A stretch of DNA of 64,000 nt from Eubacteriales bacterium (GTDB lineage: Bacteria; Bacillota; Clostridia; Oscillospirales; CAG-272): contig JAZLCA010000036.1 of NCBI GenBank assembly GCA_045613985.1, positions 50,023-114,022 on the forward strand. Direction: 5' to 3'. The number at the start of each line of letters is the position of its first letter. Positions within the stretch are counted from its first letter, which is position 1. The translations under genes and the position numbers were made by a program. Shown here one piece after another: positions 15,601 to 25,141 of the stretch. Below the pieces are notes generated by a model. The model was not told where the DNA came from. It saw only the letters and a list, made by a program, of their open reading frames with translations, and did not search any database.

Positions 15601-17970
15601 GGTCAGGCCGTTAACCAGCGAGCCGGTATAGGTATAGGTGCCGGCATAGGAACCGTTGTTGTAATCCTCAACGGTCAGAATGCCGTTCTGGAAGGTCAGC
15701 ACGTACAGACCATCCATCAGGAAGTTGACCTGATACTTTCCGTCCAGCTCTTCGCCAACAACGGGAGGCGCCGCCTCGGTATGAATTATCGTGAAGGTAG
15801 GTACGTTATTCCAGCTGAACGTACCCAGAGCCGCGTCCAGATAAAACGGAATTTCAGCGATGCCGTCGACATTGGAGTAAGTCAGTTTGCCGGCCTCGTA
15901 CAGATAATCGTACGTACCGCTCCAACCCGTATTGTTGTTATCAACAACCGTGACCGTGCCGGCCGTTCCGTCTGCAGCAATCGGATGGAAGGTGAACGAA
16001 TACGCCGTCATGCCAAAGAACTTCACCTCATACTTGCCCGAAAGAACGTCCTTGACGTCATACGTGGGAAGTTCTGCTGCCGTCAGTGTCAGCGTGCAGG
16101 AAATTTCGGGGTTTTTCATGGAGGTAAGGGTAATGACCCACGTACCCGTTGCCGTAGCGGACAGAGTGTAGGTGCCGTCGCCGTTGTCGATCAGCGTTGC
16201 ATTCTGAGCGCCGGTCTCCAGCGTTGCGGTAAAGGAACCATCCGCATAAGTATTAACGCCGGCGCTGAAGGTAATATTTGCCGCACCGGTTTCGTCTACG
16301 TAAACAGTATGCTCGCTCTTATCGGCAAACACGCCGTTTTCGCTAACGGTAGGATAGATCTCGGTAACTGCAGGAGGCGTGACGATAACCGTCAGCGTCT
16401 TGGTGGTCATCGCGGTCTTGATGGTCAGAGTATACGTACCCTGGGGGCATCCAAACAACATAATCGAGCCGCCCCAATAGGAGGATTCTCCGCCTTCATA
16501 TTCAACGATAACGTTATCCAGATCTATAATGGCCGTATCAGGCAGAATATTTACAAAGCACAGTGAGAAAGGTTTACCCGCCTCAAAGGTGATCTCATCT
16601 CCCAAAGGAGTGGTAGCCAGGATGGGCTTCGTGCCGATCCACTCACCGTTTTCATCGAATACGTCCTCCGAACCCAGTTCCTCATACAATTCATAGTCCG
16701 TCACGAAAATATTTTCGGGCGTGTACTTGGATTCCAGGTCGCGCTTACCGCTCGTCTGTTCCACAACATAGTTGTATACCGTGTTGGGAACCAGATTGGT
16801 GGTATGATAAGTCGTGCCGTTCTCGTCAATCTCGCAGTTGTACTTGGCAGAGGAGACGTAAACGTGGCGATAGGTATAGTCCTCACCCAGCGCAAAACCA
16901 ACCTGTACCTGATACAGCGTAGAAACCGTATCGTCGTAAAGAATCGGCTGAGAGAAGGAGAATACGTAATAGGGCGTACCCTCATGGCTGACCATATACT
17001 CCTTGAAGTCGCCATTGGGGTTTGCCTTAGCCATTTCGTACAGACCGGTGATCAGGGCCGTGACACCGTAGAAAGTATCTTCCGCATCGTCATCGTCGCC
17101 AAACACCTGTGCAAAAGCATAACCGTCGATCAGTGCGCTGGCAGGCTCATACGCCTTACCCACCGAACCGTCGGCATATTCCTCGATACCGAACATACTG
17201 CCCTTGTACAGCATATACCAGTAAGTCGTAGTTTCCGCATAGGTCAAATTATTCTCAATGATATTGGAGCTGTTCGCGCCCAGCGCGTAATCGATCGCAA
17301 GCTGATACTTCATCCAGGTATCATACTCGAAATCAACGTGACCGCCGTTGACGAGATTATCGTAATACTCGCCCATATCCACGGCCTTATCCACCGTAAC
17401 CGAGCCCTTGATGTAGCCGCAAACCACGCAACGATCCATATCATCGTAATCGTGCGCCTCCTCGTCCTCGATCACGCTGTGACCGCAAGATGCAGCATGC
17501 CAGTGGTTGTCTGCATCCATTGCCCACGCATCGGTGATGTAGGTGTGCTCGTGGCCACCGTCGTATTCGCAAATATCGCAAGCGCCATCGTTATCGGCAT
17601 CCTTGTGCGCAGCCTGGTCCTTTACGTCAATCGAGCATCCACAGGTAACTGCATACCAGTGATTGTTCTCGTCCGAGGACCATTCCGCAGCATAGGTATG
17701 GGTATGATGAAAGTCATATCCGCAAACGTCGCAAATGCTGTTCTTATCCGCATCGGCGTGTGCATTGAGGGAAGCCTTGGCGTTGGCGCAGTCCGCGCCG
17801 TCCTTACAGCTTGCCGCGTGCCAGTGATTGGTCTCGTCCATCGACCAGACGTCACCGTAGGTGTGCTGATGTGTATTCGCGGCAGGAGTGTCGCTTCCCT
17901 TGTCACAAGCAACGAACATAAGCGTTACCAGCAACAAAGCACACAAAAGCAAAGAAATGTGTCTCTTCAT
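12691..17970 (-). CDS. Giant (1759 aa) modular surface lipoprotein
   Basis: Signal peptide plus lipobox LMFVAC and GGAGG RBS. Three His/Cys units near the N-terminus. Four ~95-aa type-A modules (GKY.V.F...LYVLTF.NG.LT.ED.NNG.Y.GTY). Seven ~100-aa type-B modules (LVLGENS..V.V......F.APWAGT.TIS...GE...). Confidence 0.8.
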   Translation of the reverse strand: MKRHISLLLCALLLVTLMFVACDKGSDTPAANTHQHTYGDVWSMDETNHWHAASCKDGADCANAKASLNAHADADKNSICDVCGYDFHHTHTYAAEWSSDENNHWYAVTCGCSIDVKDQAAHKDADNDGACDICEYDGGHEHTYITDAWAMDADNHWHAASCGHSVIEDEEAHDYDDMDRCVVCGYIKGSVTVDKAVDMGEYYDNLVNGGHVDFEYDTWMKYQLAIDYALGANSSNIIENNLTYAETTTYWYMLYKGSMFGIEEYADGSVGKAYEPASALIDGYAFAQVFGDDDDAEDTFYGVTALITGLYEMAKANPNGDFKEYMVSHEGTPYYVFSFSQPILYDDTVSTLYQVQVGFALGEDYTYRHVYVSSAKYNCEIDENGTTYHTTNLVPNTVYNYVVEQTSGKRDLESKYTPENIFVTDYELYEELGSEDVFDENGEWIGTKPILATTPLGDEITFEAGKPFSLCFVNILPDTAIIDLDNVIVEYEGGESSYWGGSIMLFGCPQGTYTLTIKTAMTTKTLTVIVTPPAVTEIYPTVSENGVFADKSEHTVYVDETGAANITFSAGVNTYADGSFTATLETGAQNATLIDNGDGTYTLSATATGTWVITLTSMKNPEISCTLTLTAAELPTYDVKDVLSGKYEVKFFGMTAYSFTFHPIAADGTAGTVTVVDNNNTGWSGTYDYLYEAGKLTYSNVDGIAEIPFYLDAALGTFSWNNVPTFTIIHTEAAPPVVGEELDGKYQVNFLMDGLYVLTFQNGILTVEDYNNGSYAGTYTYTGSLVNGLTVYNEDGSESDMIIALGLDGSPTFQCAGLMMPQTLIKVEDEDNDEGNDEAFNGKYSVDFLMPGLYVLTFENGVLTIEDHNNGAYSGTYSYEGTPTSGMTIYHADGTVSDILISVGLDGSFTFQCSALMMAQPLNKVEDGGDVGGDTQDALVLGNNSIVVDDPWNGVVIGFTATEAGTYVLSADHGENNAFVLIETMYGSEMLDLPYTFELGAGETMMFIILTGDFTSDTVDLVVTKEGGSGDEPADNLLVLGENSVHVQVVNFWPEWTEMVFTAPWAGTFTISPAAGESNADIYDFDGNWIENMPYTFTLAEGESIIFYFASLDMMIDEDYIDVVISEGGSQGGDEPADNLLVLGENSIHVQVVNFWPEWTEMVFTAPWAGTFTISPAAGESNADIYDFNGNWIENMPYTFTLAEGESIIFYFASLDAMIDEDYIDVVISEGGSQGGDEPADNLLVLGENSIHVQVLNFWPEWTEMVFTAPWAGTFTISPAAGESNADIYDFNGNWIENMPYTFTLAEGESIIFYFASLDMMIDEDYIDVVISEGGDEPGEQPGEGTDEPELPADATLVLGENSVYVTVTNFFQNQTKATFTAPWAGTYTISWADGETNGDLFDAWGNWIENMPYTFELEEGESIIVYVQSADFFITEDYIDLVIAEGEGEVVPEDPGVMLLPGENTVYVTVTEYFQDMIKAFFTAPVSGTYTISWADGETNGWLHNANLEWIETLPYTFTLEAGESIVFYFQSIDYMITEDYINVVISGGSTEPEQPVEPDEDDTLWLDGEYRVDFSGTTYYKLIFRNDTMTLVDNNAQLYSGTYTYQIDADGAFTFYKDGVVTTDVLIQVAPDGSYTFQCPSLKIPMALVKYEEPVDDGTETVTKFSIGDNAIKVTNGWKGVSIPFTAPSTGTYILAPAEGEENAAIIIEDGYVTELIVLNAPYVFELEEGQTKVFIVVTQGKNADTINLILTAETAS
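13971..14897 (-). repeat. Three near-identical in-frame tandem repeats of 309 bp (103 aa) inside the giant gene
   Basis: CCTCGGAAATGACTACGTCGATGTAATCCTC recurs at 13971, 14280 and 14589. Only scattered substitutions between copies. Diverged copies flank on both sides. Confidence 0.9.
17413..17871 (-). repeat. Three protein-level His/Cys mini-domain repeats (~50 aa each)
   Basis: HQHTYGDVWSMDETNHWHAASC...AHADADKNSICDVCGY; HTHTYAAEWSSDENNHWYAVTC...AHKDADNDGACDICEY; HEHTYITDAWAMDADNHWHAASC...AHDYDDMDRCVVCGY. Confidence 0.8.
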
Positions 17971-18069
17971 AAGAAAGAGCCTCCTTTGGGAAAATTATTT
18001 CAAGTATTTTGAAATCAAATGTGGTGGGGAGCGGGATACCCTCCCGCCCGGGGCAACGGACAAAATCCG

Positions 18070-19656
18070 TTATTTTTTAACATAATAACCGCAAGCAAAC
18101 AGCCATTGGTCTTCTTCGGTGGCATCGACCTTGACCGTAGGATTGACCTCAACCCAACCCTGTCCGTCGGCAAAATAGCGGTGAGAAACGCTGAAGCCCT
18201 GCAAAAAGTGACGCACCTCTTCGGTCACGGCGTAAACGCCGTCCGAGTTAGCAAAAGATGCATATCCCAACAGTCGTTTGGGAATCTCTCCGCCGTTCGC
18301 CGCGATCTCGGCAACGATATCATCGGGCAATCGACGGCAATCCGCGTGACACTCCGTACAGGATTCACCGCACACGCCAATGCATTTGCCATCTTTAAGG
18401 CAAGGACATTCGGTGATACAGAAATACATTCCTGCATCTCCGGGCTGGTCAACCAGCAACGCAGGCAAGCCTTGAATAAACAGCTTGTGATTTTCCGTTC
18501 CGTAAATCGTCAAGGACTTATTACCGGGGTCTTCGATATGCGTAAAGGCCAGCTCGGCAAAGCGATGGGGCTGCGAGAGCTTGGCGTACAGAATCGGACC
18601 GTAGGTACCCGTTTCGGCATCGTAGACGTGGTAGTATCCGTCGCCGCCCTCTTCAAGAGGCCACAGCTTGAACATACTGCCATCGTATTCATAGCGTCCC
18701 TCGACCCCCTTGGTGGAGGTTTCAGCCCATTGGAACTTATATTCGCTTGGATCATACTCGGGTGTCTGCTTGAAATCCTCGGTGGGAATGACAATCTGAG
18801 CGGCACTGTGATCCAGAAAAAAGGATCCGTTGAGCTGGATGGCAAAATCGACGTAAATGGGATAAACACCGTTCTTGGAATCGGCGTGAACCGCAAAGGT
18901 AAATACCACCTGACCGCCCGTTGAGATCTGCTCGTCGGCAATCTCTACGATATGCTTGAAATTCTGTGTATAACCGGAGGAAATTCCGCCGTCGTTCAAG
19001 GTATACGAAAACGTCTTGTAAGCGATCGATCCCGTGTAAACATCGACCATGGGATTGTAGTTCCCCTCGGCCATGCTGACCCAAGACTCTACCGAGTAGG
19101 TACCGCTGGTCGTGGGTGCGTACTGGAAGTAGATCTTATGATCGGCATCCGTCAGCTCCACGCGATAAACACCCGTTTTGCTGATCTCGATGCAATCGTA
19201 AGGACCTGTTCCGTAACCCGAGGTACGGATGGGTTTGTAGATATCGATCACGACGTTTTTCTTATCGTTGGTAGCCACGTAGGCGTTGCAGTTGTACAAA
19301 TACCCTTCGGGCAGTCCCTTGAGCGTGACCTGATAGTCACCGTCAAGGCCGCTGACACGGGCAACACCGTCCTCCGAAAAATCAGCGGTGTAGAAGGAAA
19401 AGCCATCCGTCCACTGTGCCTTCATGTCATCCTTCTTTTTGGGGATGTAAGGTTGACCGTTATATCGGATAGACACCGTAAAGGCATCCGGGTCATCCAC
19501 AACATCTCCGGGGGTGCCGGGCTGCTGTGGACTGTCCTCGTGGCCGGGCTTATCGGTCGGAGCTCCGGGGCTATCGGGTGCCGGACGGTATTCACCGCAG
19601 GCCGTCGCCGAAAGCAACAACAGAACCGCCAACAAAAGCACAAAAACTTTTTTCAT
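18070..19656 (-). CDS. Lipoprotein, member of the window's DGYYH-module family
   Basis: MKKVFVLLLAVLLLLSATAC lipobox, GLPEGY beta-sandwich-like N-domain, GDGYYHVYDAETGTYGPILYAKL, Cys-cluster CITECPCLKDGKCIGVCGESCTECHADC. An alternative GTG start at 19704 overlaps the upstream stop (GTGA). Confidence 0.7.
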   Translation of the reverse strand: MKKVFVLLLAVLLLLSATACGEYRPAPDSPGAPTDKPGHEDSPQQPGTPGDVVDDPDAFTVSIRYNGQPYIPKKKDDMKAQWTDGFSFYTADFSEDGVARVSGLDGDYQVTLKGLPEGYLYNCNAYVATNDKKNVVIDIYKPIRTSGYGTGPYDCIEISKTGVYRVELTDADHKIYFQYAPTTSGTYSVESWVSMAEGNYNPMVDVYTGSIAYKTFSYTLNDGGISSGYTQNFKHIVEIADEQISTGGQVVFTFAVHADSKNGVYPIYVDFAIQLNGSFFLDHSAAQIVIPTEDFKQTPEYDPSEYKFQWAETSTKGVEGRYEYDGSMFKLWPLEEGGDGYYHVYDAETGTYGPILYAKLSQPHRFAELAFTHIEDPGNKSLTIYGTENHKLFIQGLPALLVDQPGDAGMYFCITECPCLKDGKCIGVCGESCTECHADCRRLPDDIVAEIAANGGEIPKRLLGYASFANSDGVYAVTEEVRHFLQGFSVSHRYFADGQGWVEVNPTVKVDATEEDQWLFACGYYVKK

Positions 19657-19700
19657 GTGTGTTGTAACCATTTCTTTCATTAGGTTGAATCGCATCCCGA

Positions 19701-22433
19701 TCACTTGGTTTTAGCAGAAGATGATTTAAACAGACCTCTGATATCGCTCCACTTGATCTTGCGGATGATAATATCCGCAACGTAAAGCGCAACCGCCGCG
19801 ATCATAAAGGGAATGGTAAAGGTCAAGCGATACGTATCCACGCGGGCCTTGGTCTCTGAAAGATCGGGAATCTGTCCCTCGCTGACCGTGCCGCGATGAC
19901 GGATGGCCGCGTGAAGCGCAGATGCATCAAAGTTGGCGAAGCTGTCATACTCGGGAGAATACGAAATGTGGAATTCCGAGGCGGACGTAAACGTACCCGA
20001 GGGTGCGCCGTACGTCACGCTGATATCGTAACGTCCCAGAAGGGGTGTCTCGAAGCGATAGAAGTAACGGGATGCGTCGAAGATCAACCGCTCGGTCACA
20101 CTCTTGCCATCGGGATGAGTGATGGTCACGTCCACCGTAGCATAAGGGTTCAAAATCGCGGGAATGATCTCAAGCGTGGAATAAATACCATCGTACTGAA
20201 CGTTGAGGGTATAGGGGTAATCCACCTTCTCTTCGGGAATATTGACGTCGAGCATATTGGCAAGCATTCTCTGCCCTGCCTCGCTCTGCCAGTTGGAGGC
20301 CCAATCTCCCGAAATGGCACCCGTGAAGGAGGTCACCTTGCCGTTGCCGTACTTCCAGTAGGCGTACAGCGGCACGTCGATCACGCTTCCGCTCGTCTTT
20401 TGGTACTCGACCGTCAGGACGGTGTAGGCGCTGATCTTGGCCTTGCTGTGAACGTAGCCCATGATCGAAGGCAGATAGGACACGCCCTGCATGACGTCGT
20501 CCTTGGGACGGGCGATCTTGACGGGAGTCTCACTCTCGATGATGGATTCGGTCACGTCATCTGCAATATCAGAGAAGACCAACTCCTCCAGTGCAGACTC
20601 ATTTTTGATGAAATAATACTCGCCTTTGCCTGCATTGGCAAGATTCTTGAGCATATTGATGCCCGCGGCCTCATTATTATAGGGATTCATCGTAGACAGA
20701 TAAATACCGTTGGCGTACATGTACTGAGCCACCTGAACGGGCGTCATCTCTCTGTCCTCGATCTTAACGATCTCGGCCGTGTAGTTCATACCGTCGCTGA
20801 TCAGCATCACCTGCTTCTCCGAGTGTTGCTGGTTGACGATATGATTGAGTGCCGCCGCAAGACCTCCGCCGATGGAGGTACCCTGACTGGGCTGAATGGC
20901 ATTGATCTTCTTGGCAATATCCTCGCGGTTGGCCGCCTTGGTTGTCGCCTGAATGATCTTGATATCTCCCGCAAAGGTGACGACAGCCACATCGTCCTCA
21001 TCGGAGAGCAGGTTGAGCAGATGGATGGCCGCTTGCTTGGCAACCGCCAAACGAGAAGCCGTAAACATACTGCGGGAGACGTCGATGACAATGGTAAACA
21101 GCTTAGGATCCTGGGCGCTGTTACCGAATTTTACGGGCAACATATTTTCCAGGCTTTCCAGCGTGCTGTCGGTTTTGTTCTGAATCTTGGTATCTCCGAT
21201 GGTAACAAAGCTCTTTCCATACTGCGATACCACCGTTTCCACACTTTCAATGAAGGCAGAAACGTTGTTGACCTCGCGCACGTCCATATTGGACAGGATG
21301 ATCTCATCGTAAAGGCAAAGCTCCTCAACACTGCAAGGAACGTTGCGAGGATCGGCCGAAACCGTCACGGTCGGATGATTCAAGAACAAGTTCTGTGCCT
21401 CTTTGAGCACACGATGATCGGAATGAACGAGCATCACGTCCACCGCCGCGCGGCCGCCGTACAGCTTTTCAATGGCGACGATGTCCTGCACACTCGAAGT
21501 CAAAAGCAGGGCGCGAAGCTCGGCACTGACCGTTTGAGTAAAGGAATAGCTGTTATTGTACGCCGACGTATCGGAGGGCACCGTGACACGGACCTCGTAG
21601 TCGAAGCGTCCCTCCGCGTCCGTTGGCAAATCAAAGTTGACGATATTGTATCCGCGGGTCAACTCAAGTGCACGATCAAGCAGCTTTTCACCGTTGCGGT
21701 ACAGCGAAACGACCGCTCGCTCGTCCATATTGGCTTGGATAAGGACGTCTGCTGTAGTCGCATGGCCGAGATACGTCGCGCGGATGTATTCCACGCCCGT
21801 CAGCTGCACTTCGTTTTCGCCGTCCTTGAGATTACTGTCAAGGTAGATGGCGTCAATGGCAATATCCTGCGCCACCAGCTGTTCTACGGCAGCAATCAAG
21901 GCGGAGGTATTCTCCCCCACCGTCTCCTTACCGTCGGTCAACAGCACCACGCGCTTGAGCATTCCTTCGCCAAACAGCGTGGAAGCATAAGACAACGCAG
22001 TCGCAATATCCGTGGCGGAATCGTCCACAAGACCGGCGGCCACCGCATCCTTGACGCTTTGGATCTCACCACCAAGCTCGGTCTGCAACACGTAGTTTTT
22101 ACCAAAGCAGATCACACCCACCTTGGAATTTTTGGGAAGCGAATCCCGGATTTGTGCGATATATTCATCCACCTCGTCCAGATTGCGATTGGCCGAATAG
22201 GAAACGTCCGCCACAATATAAACGTGGGTTTCCGTCATGACCGTCGTAATGACCGTGCCCGCGACGGCAAGCCCGATCAGCACCAGGATCACGATGTGAA
22301 TGATCAAAGAAGCAATCACACTCTTGCTCTTATTGTCCTTTCTTATGGCGATGAAGAAAGGAAGCAAAACTCCGATGGCCAGCGGAATGAGCAACAACAG
22401 CCACAAGGGATTATCGAAGCTGATATTTCTCAT
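19701..22433 (-). CDS. BatA-N-terminal-domain protein with two vWA domains and a C-terminal TM helix
   Basis: N-terminus MRNISFDNPLWLLLLIPLAIGVLLPFF (double-TM Bat-type). MIDAS motifs DVSYS and DVSRS. TDGKET / SDGMN. C-terminal TM FTIPFMIAAVALYVADIIIRKI. Confidence 0.8.
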   Translation of the reverse strand: MRNISFDNPLWLLLLIPLAIGVLLPFFIAIRKDNKSKSVIASLIIHIVILVLIGLAVAGTVITTVMTETHVYIVADVSYSANRNLDEVDEYIAQIRDSLPKNSKVGVICFGKNYVLQTELGGEIQSVKDAVAAGLVDDSATDIATALSYASTLFGEGMLKRVVLLTDGKETVGENTSALIAAVEQLVAQDIAIDAIYLDSNLKDGENEVQLTGVEYIRATYLGHATTADVLIQANMDERAVVSLYRNGEKLLDRALELTRGYNIVNFDLPTDAEGRFDYEVRVTVPSDTSAYNNSYSFTQTVSAELRALLLTSSVQDIVAIEKLYGGRAAVDVMLVHSDHRVLKEAQNLFLNHPTVTVSADPRNVPCSVEELCLYDEIILSNMDVREVNNVSAFIESVETVVSQYGKSFVTIGDTKIQNKTDSTLESLENMLPVKFGNSAQDPKLFTIVIDVSRSMFTASRLAVAKQAAIHLLNLLSDEDDVAVVTFAGDIKIIQATTKAANREDIAKKINAIQPSQGTSIGGGLAAALNHIVNQQHSEKQVMLISDGMNYTAEIVKIEDREMTPVQVAQYMYANGIYLSTMNPYNNEAAGINMLKNLANAGKGEYYFIKNESALEELVFSDIADDVTESIIESETPVKIARPKDDVMQGVSYLPSIMGYVHSKAKISAYTVLTVEYQKTSGSVIDVPLYAYWKYGNGKVTSFTGAISGDWASNWQSEAGQRMLANMLDVNIPEEKVDYPYTLNVQYDGIYSTLEIIPAILNPYATVDVTITHPDGKSVTERLIFDASRYFYRFETPLLGRYDISVTYGAPSGTFTSASEFHISYSPEYDSFANFDASALHAAIRHRGTVSEGQIPDLSETKARVDTYRLTFTIPFMIAAVALYVADIIIRKIKWSDIRGLFKSSSAKTK

Positions 22434-24258
22434 AGCAATACACCATCCAATCCGCCAGGAACAAGAGCGCCAAGCTAATAAACAAAATCATCAACGGATC
22501 ATACGTTCCGTCAAATCCGCCCTCGGTTGCTTCGCCCTGCAACCCAATGCTCGAAGCCGTCGGCGCGGGCTCGCGCTCAGCCTCCGGCAATGCGGAATAA
22601 AGATAAAATTGACTCGGGATCCCCGACACCGTAACGGTAATGGTGTACGTTCCGACCTCAGCCAAGGGGAACGTTGCCGTCGCCACGTCGGTGGCCAGAT
22701 AGGTTACCTTTCCCAAGGGGCTCTCTACGCGGATACTCTGGCAGTTGGCAATGACGTTAACCGCTGCCTCGTCTCCCGCATAATAGTTGACCTTTTCCAT
22801 CACGTCGGGGAACGAGAAGGTCATCAGGTTGTCCAGTATGACTATGAAATCCACCAGCATGGGCAGATTGGAATTATGCAGATCAAATGCGAAGACCACC
22901 TCGCGGTGTCCCGCTGCATTGGTACCCGCAAACACCAAGGGATTTCCCTTATAAGTGAACAGCGTGGTGAAATTGCGATACAGGCTGCACTTGACGTATT
23001 CGGAAATGTAAATTTCCTCTCCATCGACGTGAGCGATCAGCTTTTTGGCAACGCTGGAGGAAGACGTCGTCATCTCCAACAATTCGCCTCGGGCAAGGGT
23101 AACCTCACCCTGCACGCTGAATCCGGTATCGGGAACGCTTCCCTTGGGATCAAAAAACCATACCGCGCCATCCTCCGGTGCCTTGGCAGGCGTACAGCCT
23201 TCAAAAATATACAAGCCGTAACCGCGCACCGTTGAATTATAATCCTCTGGCGACATGACGGTGATTTTGGTCCGTCCGACCGCTCCCAGTGCCGTTTCCA
23301 GGAAGAAGGGGGTGTCCGATACCAACAGGATGCTGTACGAATCCTCGCTCTTAACGTTATAGATAACGTATTCATCGTCCAGTGCAAGTCCGTCCGACGT
23401 CCCTACGACCAAGCGCAAGGAGGAAAAGGTCTTGATGGTCGCCGTCATCTCAAACGGCACCTTTTCGCCCTTAACGGCAGCGACCTGCACGGTTGCGATG
23501 GGCGTTTCTCCACCATCGGCATAAGCCGATACCGTCAGAGCGGCATTGTCGTTGTAGGAAAGAATGCTTGCGTTCACACGCAGCTGTCCGCCCGCCAGAT
23601 CCCACAGCACGTCGGTCAAGGCGGTGTTTGTTTCCGCTTGTGCCACGTTGACAATTTGTAGATTGTTCACCGTCTGATACGCCGTATCGGTAACGAAGTA
23701 AACAAGCGATGCCGTATTTTCGGAAAAATACTGCTGTGCGCGGCCGATCGCATGCGAGACGTCCGTCTCTACGTAGCCGACCTCGGTCTCCGCCAACAGC
23801 TCGAGCGCCTGCTTCTTATCCGTCGTTTGCTCGAAGACGGTCGCGGTCGCGTCGCTGATGAGGATCAGCGAGAAGCGGCTGCCGTCGGTAGCGGAATCGA
23901 TCATATCCGCGATCTCATTTTTGGCGCGGTCGAAACGGCTGACTCCGTCCTGCTGCATATTCATACTGCCCGAGGCATCCAAAAGGAAGCAATATTCCTT
24001 GGCAGAGCCGGGAACGGTAATGATGGGACGGGCAATAATAAGCGAGATCGCCGTGACGGCCAGGATCTGCAACAGCAGGCTGATGATACCCGTCAAGGGG
24101 CTGGGACGGCGACGTCTTTTGAGAAACCTTTCGCTCAGCGTCCAAAGATAGGTGGAAGCGACCGTCTGTTCCGCATATTTACTTTTGATGATATAAATCA
24201 GGATCAAAATGGGAACACCAATGAGTCCCAAAAGACCTAACGGAAAAAGAAAATTCAC
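22411..24258 (-). CDS. BatA-like vWA-domain membrane protein
   Basis: GTG start overlapping the DUF58 stop (GTGA). N-terminus NFLFPLGLLGLIGVPILILIYIIK. MIDAS DASGS (CFLLDASGSMN). C-terminal TM. Confidence 0.8.
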   Translation of the reverse strand: MNFLFPLGLLGLIGVPILILIYIIKSKYAEQTVASTYLWTLSERFLKRRRRPSPLTGIISLLLQILAVTAISLIIARPIITVPGSAKEYCFLLDASGSMNMQQDGVSRFDRAKNEIADMIDSATDGSRFSLILISDATATVFEQTTDKKQALELLAETEVGYVETDVSHAIGRAQQYFSENTASLVYFVTDTAYQTVNNLQIVNVAQAETNTALTDVLWDLAGGQLRVNASILSYNDNAALTVSAYADGGETPIATVQVAAVKGEKVPFEMTATIKTFSSLRLVVGTSDGLALDDEYVIYNVKSEDSYSILLVSDTPFFLETALGAVGRTKITVMSPEDYNSTVRGYGLYIFEGCTPAKAPEDGAVWFFDPKGSVPDTGFSVQGEVTLARGELLEMTTSSSSVAKKLIAHVDGEEIYISEYVKCSLYRNFTTLFTYKGNPLVFAGTNAAGHREVVFAFDLHNSNLPMLVDFIVILDNLMTFSFPDVMEKVNYYAGDEAAVNVIANCQSIRVESPLGKVTYLATDVATATFPLAEVGTYTITVTVSGIPSQFYLYSALPEAEREPAPTASSIGLQGEATEGGFDGTYDPLMILFISLALLFLADWMVYCYEKYQLR

Positions 24259-25139
24259 TTCAATACTCCAATATTAACCAATTTTCCAAAGAAGATCTCA
24301 CCAACGCTGTCTTCCGCGCCCACCAGCAGATAATCCGCACCGCGAGCAGCGCAATAATTACGGATGCGATCCGTCGCATACTGCAAAGCCGCTTTGTAGG
24401 CCTTGACGATTTCCTTGTCGATATTTTTGCGGTAGGTTCGCGAAGCGTTTTCCGAGTCGAACAGATGCATTTTGCCGCGAATCTGGGGATTGAACTCCTC
24501 TCGCGTCAAAATCTGCAGGCAGAGAATGTCGCGTCGGCGGTCTGCCAGATAATCGATGGCATCCTCGTAGTTGTTGTCCGTCAAAAAATCCGAGATGATG
24601 ACCGAAAGTCCGTCACCACGGCCCACGCTCGAAGGGAGAATGGCTCGACTGATGTGACTATCGCCCTCAAAGGCAATTTCGTTCAGCTTGCCAATTTCAG
24701 ACAGGTAGGTTTCCTTGCCCACCATGCCTCGGATGATCTCCTTGACCTCGCCCTCGCAAATGGTATAGATCGAAACTCGATCCATCTCGCAGACAGAAAG
24801 ATAGGCGATCGTCGCCGCCAGGCGAATGGCCTGCTCGGCTTTTTTATTGTCTCCATATTCCATCGAACGGCTGGCGTCGATATAAATTCTCGTGTGCATC
24901 TGCCGCTCGTCGAAATACAGCTTTTCATACAGCTTATCGAAGCGAGCGTAGGCGTTCCAGTCGATCTTGGTAATGTCGTCGCCCGGCATATAATCGCGGT
25001 AGTCGGCAAATTCTGCGGAAGAACCAAAGTTTTTACTTTGGCGCAAGCCGCCAAACATTCCGCCCAGATTGTTTTTCAGGAGCGATTGCAGCGTTTCGAT
25101 CTGCTGCAACAGCTCCTCATTGATCACAAGATAGCCCAT
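24255..25139 (-). CDS. DUF58 domain protein
   Basis: DYRDYMPGDDITKIDWNAYARFDKLY signature. Sits between MoxR and vWA genes as in Bat-type operons. Confidence 0.85.
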   Translation of the reverse strand: MGYLVINEELLQQIETLQSLLKNNLGGMFGGLRQSKNFGSSAEFADYRDYMPGDDITKIDWNAYARFDKLYEKLYFDERQMHTRIYIDASRSMEYGDNKKAEQAIRLAATIAYLSVCEMDRVSIYTICEGEVKEIIRGMVGKETYLSEIGKLNEIAFEGDSHISRAILPSSVGRGDGLSVIISDFLTDNNYEDAIDYLADRRRDILCLQILTREEFNPQIRGKMHLFDSENASRTYRKNIDKEIVKAYKAALQYATDRIRNYCAARGADYLLVGAEDSVGEIFFGKLVNIGVLK

Positions 25140-25141
25140 GC

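Noticed and set aside
12673-16566. 1297-aa plus-strand ORF antisense to the 1759-aa lipoprotein gene (also 16804-18012, 18019-18924, 18952-19683)
   Set aside because: Same shadow-ORF logic. The minus strand carries lipoboxes, RBSs, modular repeats and a promoter/terminator frame. The plus-strand products are featureless.
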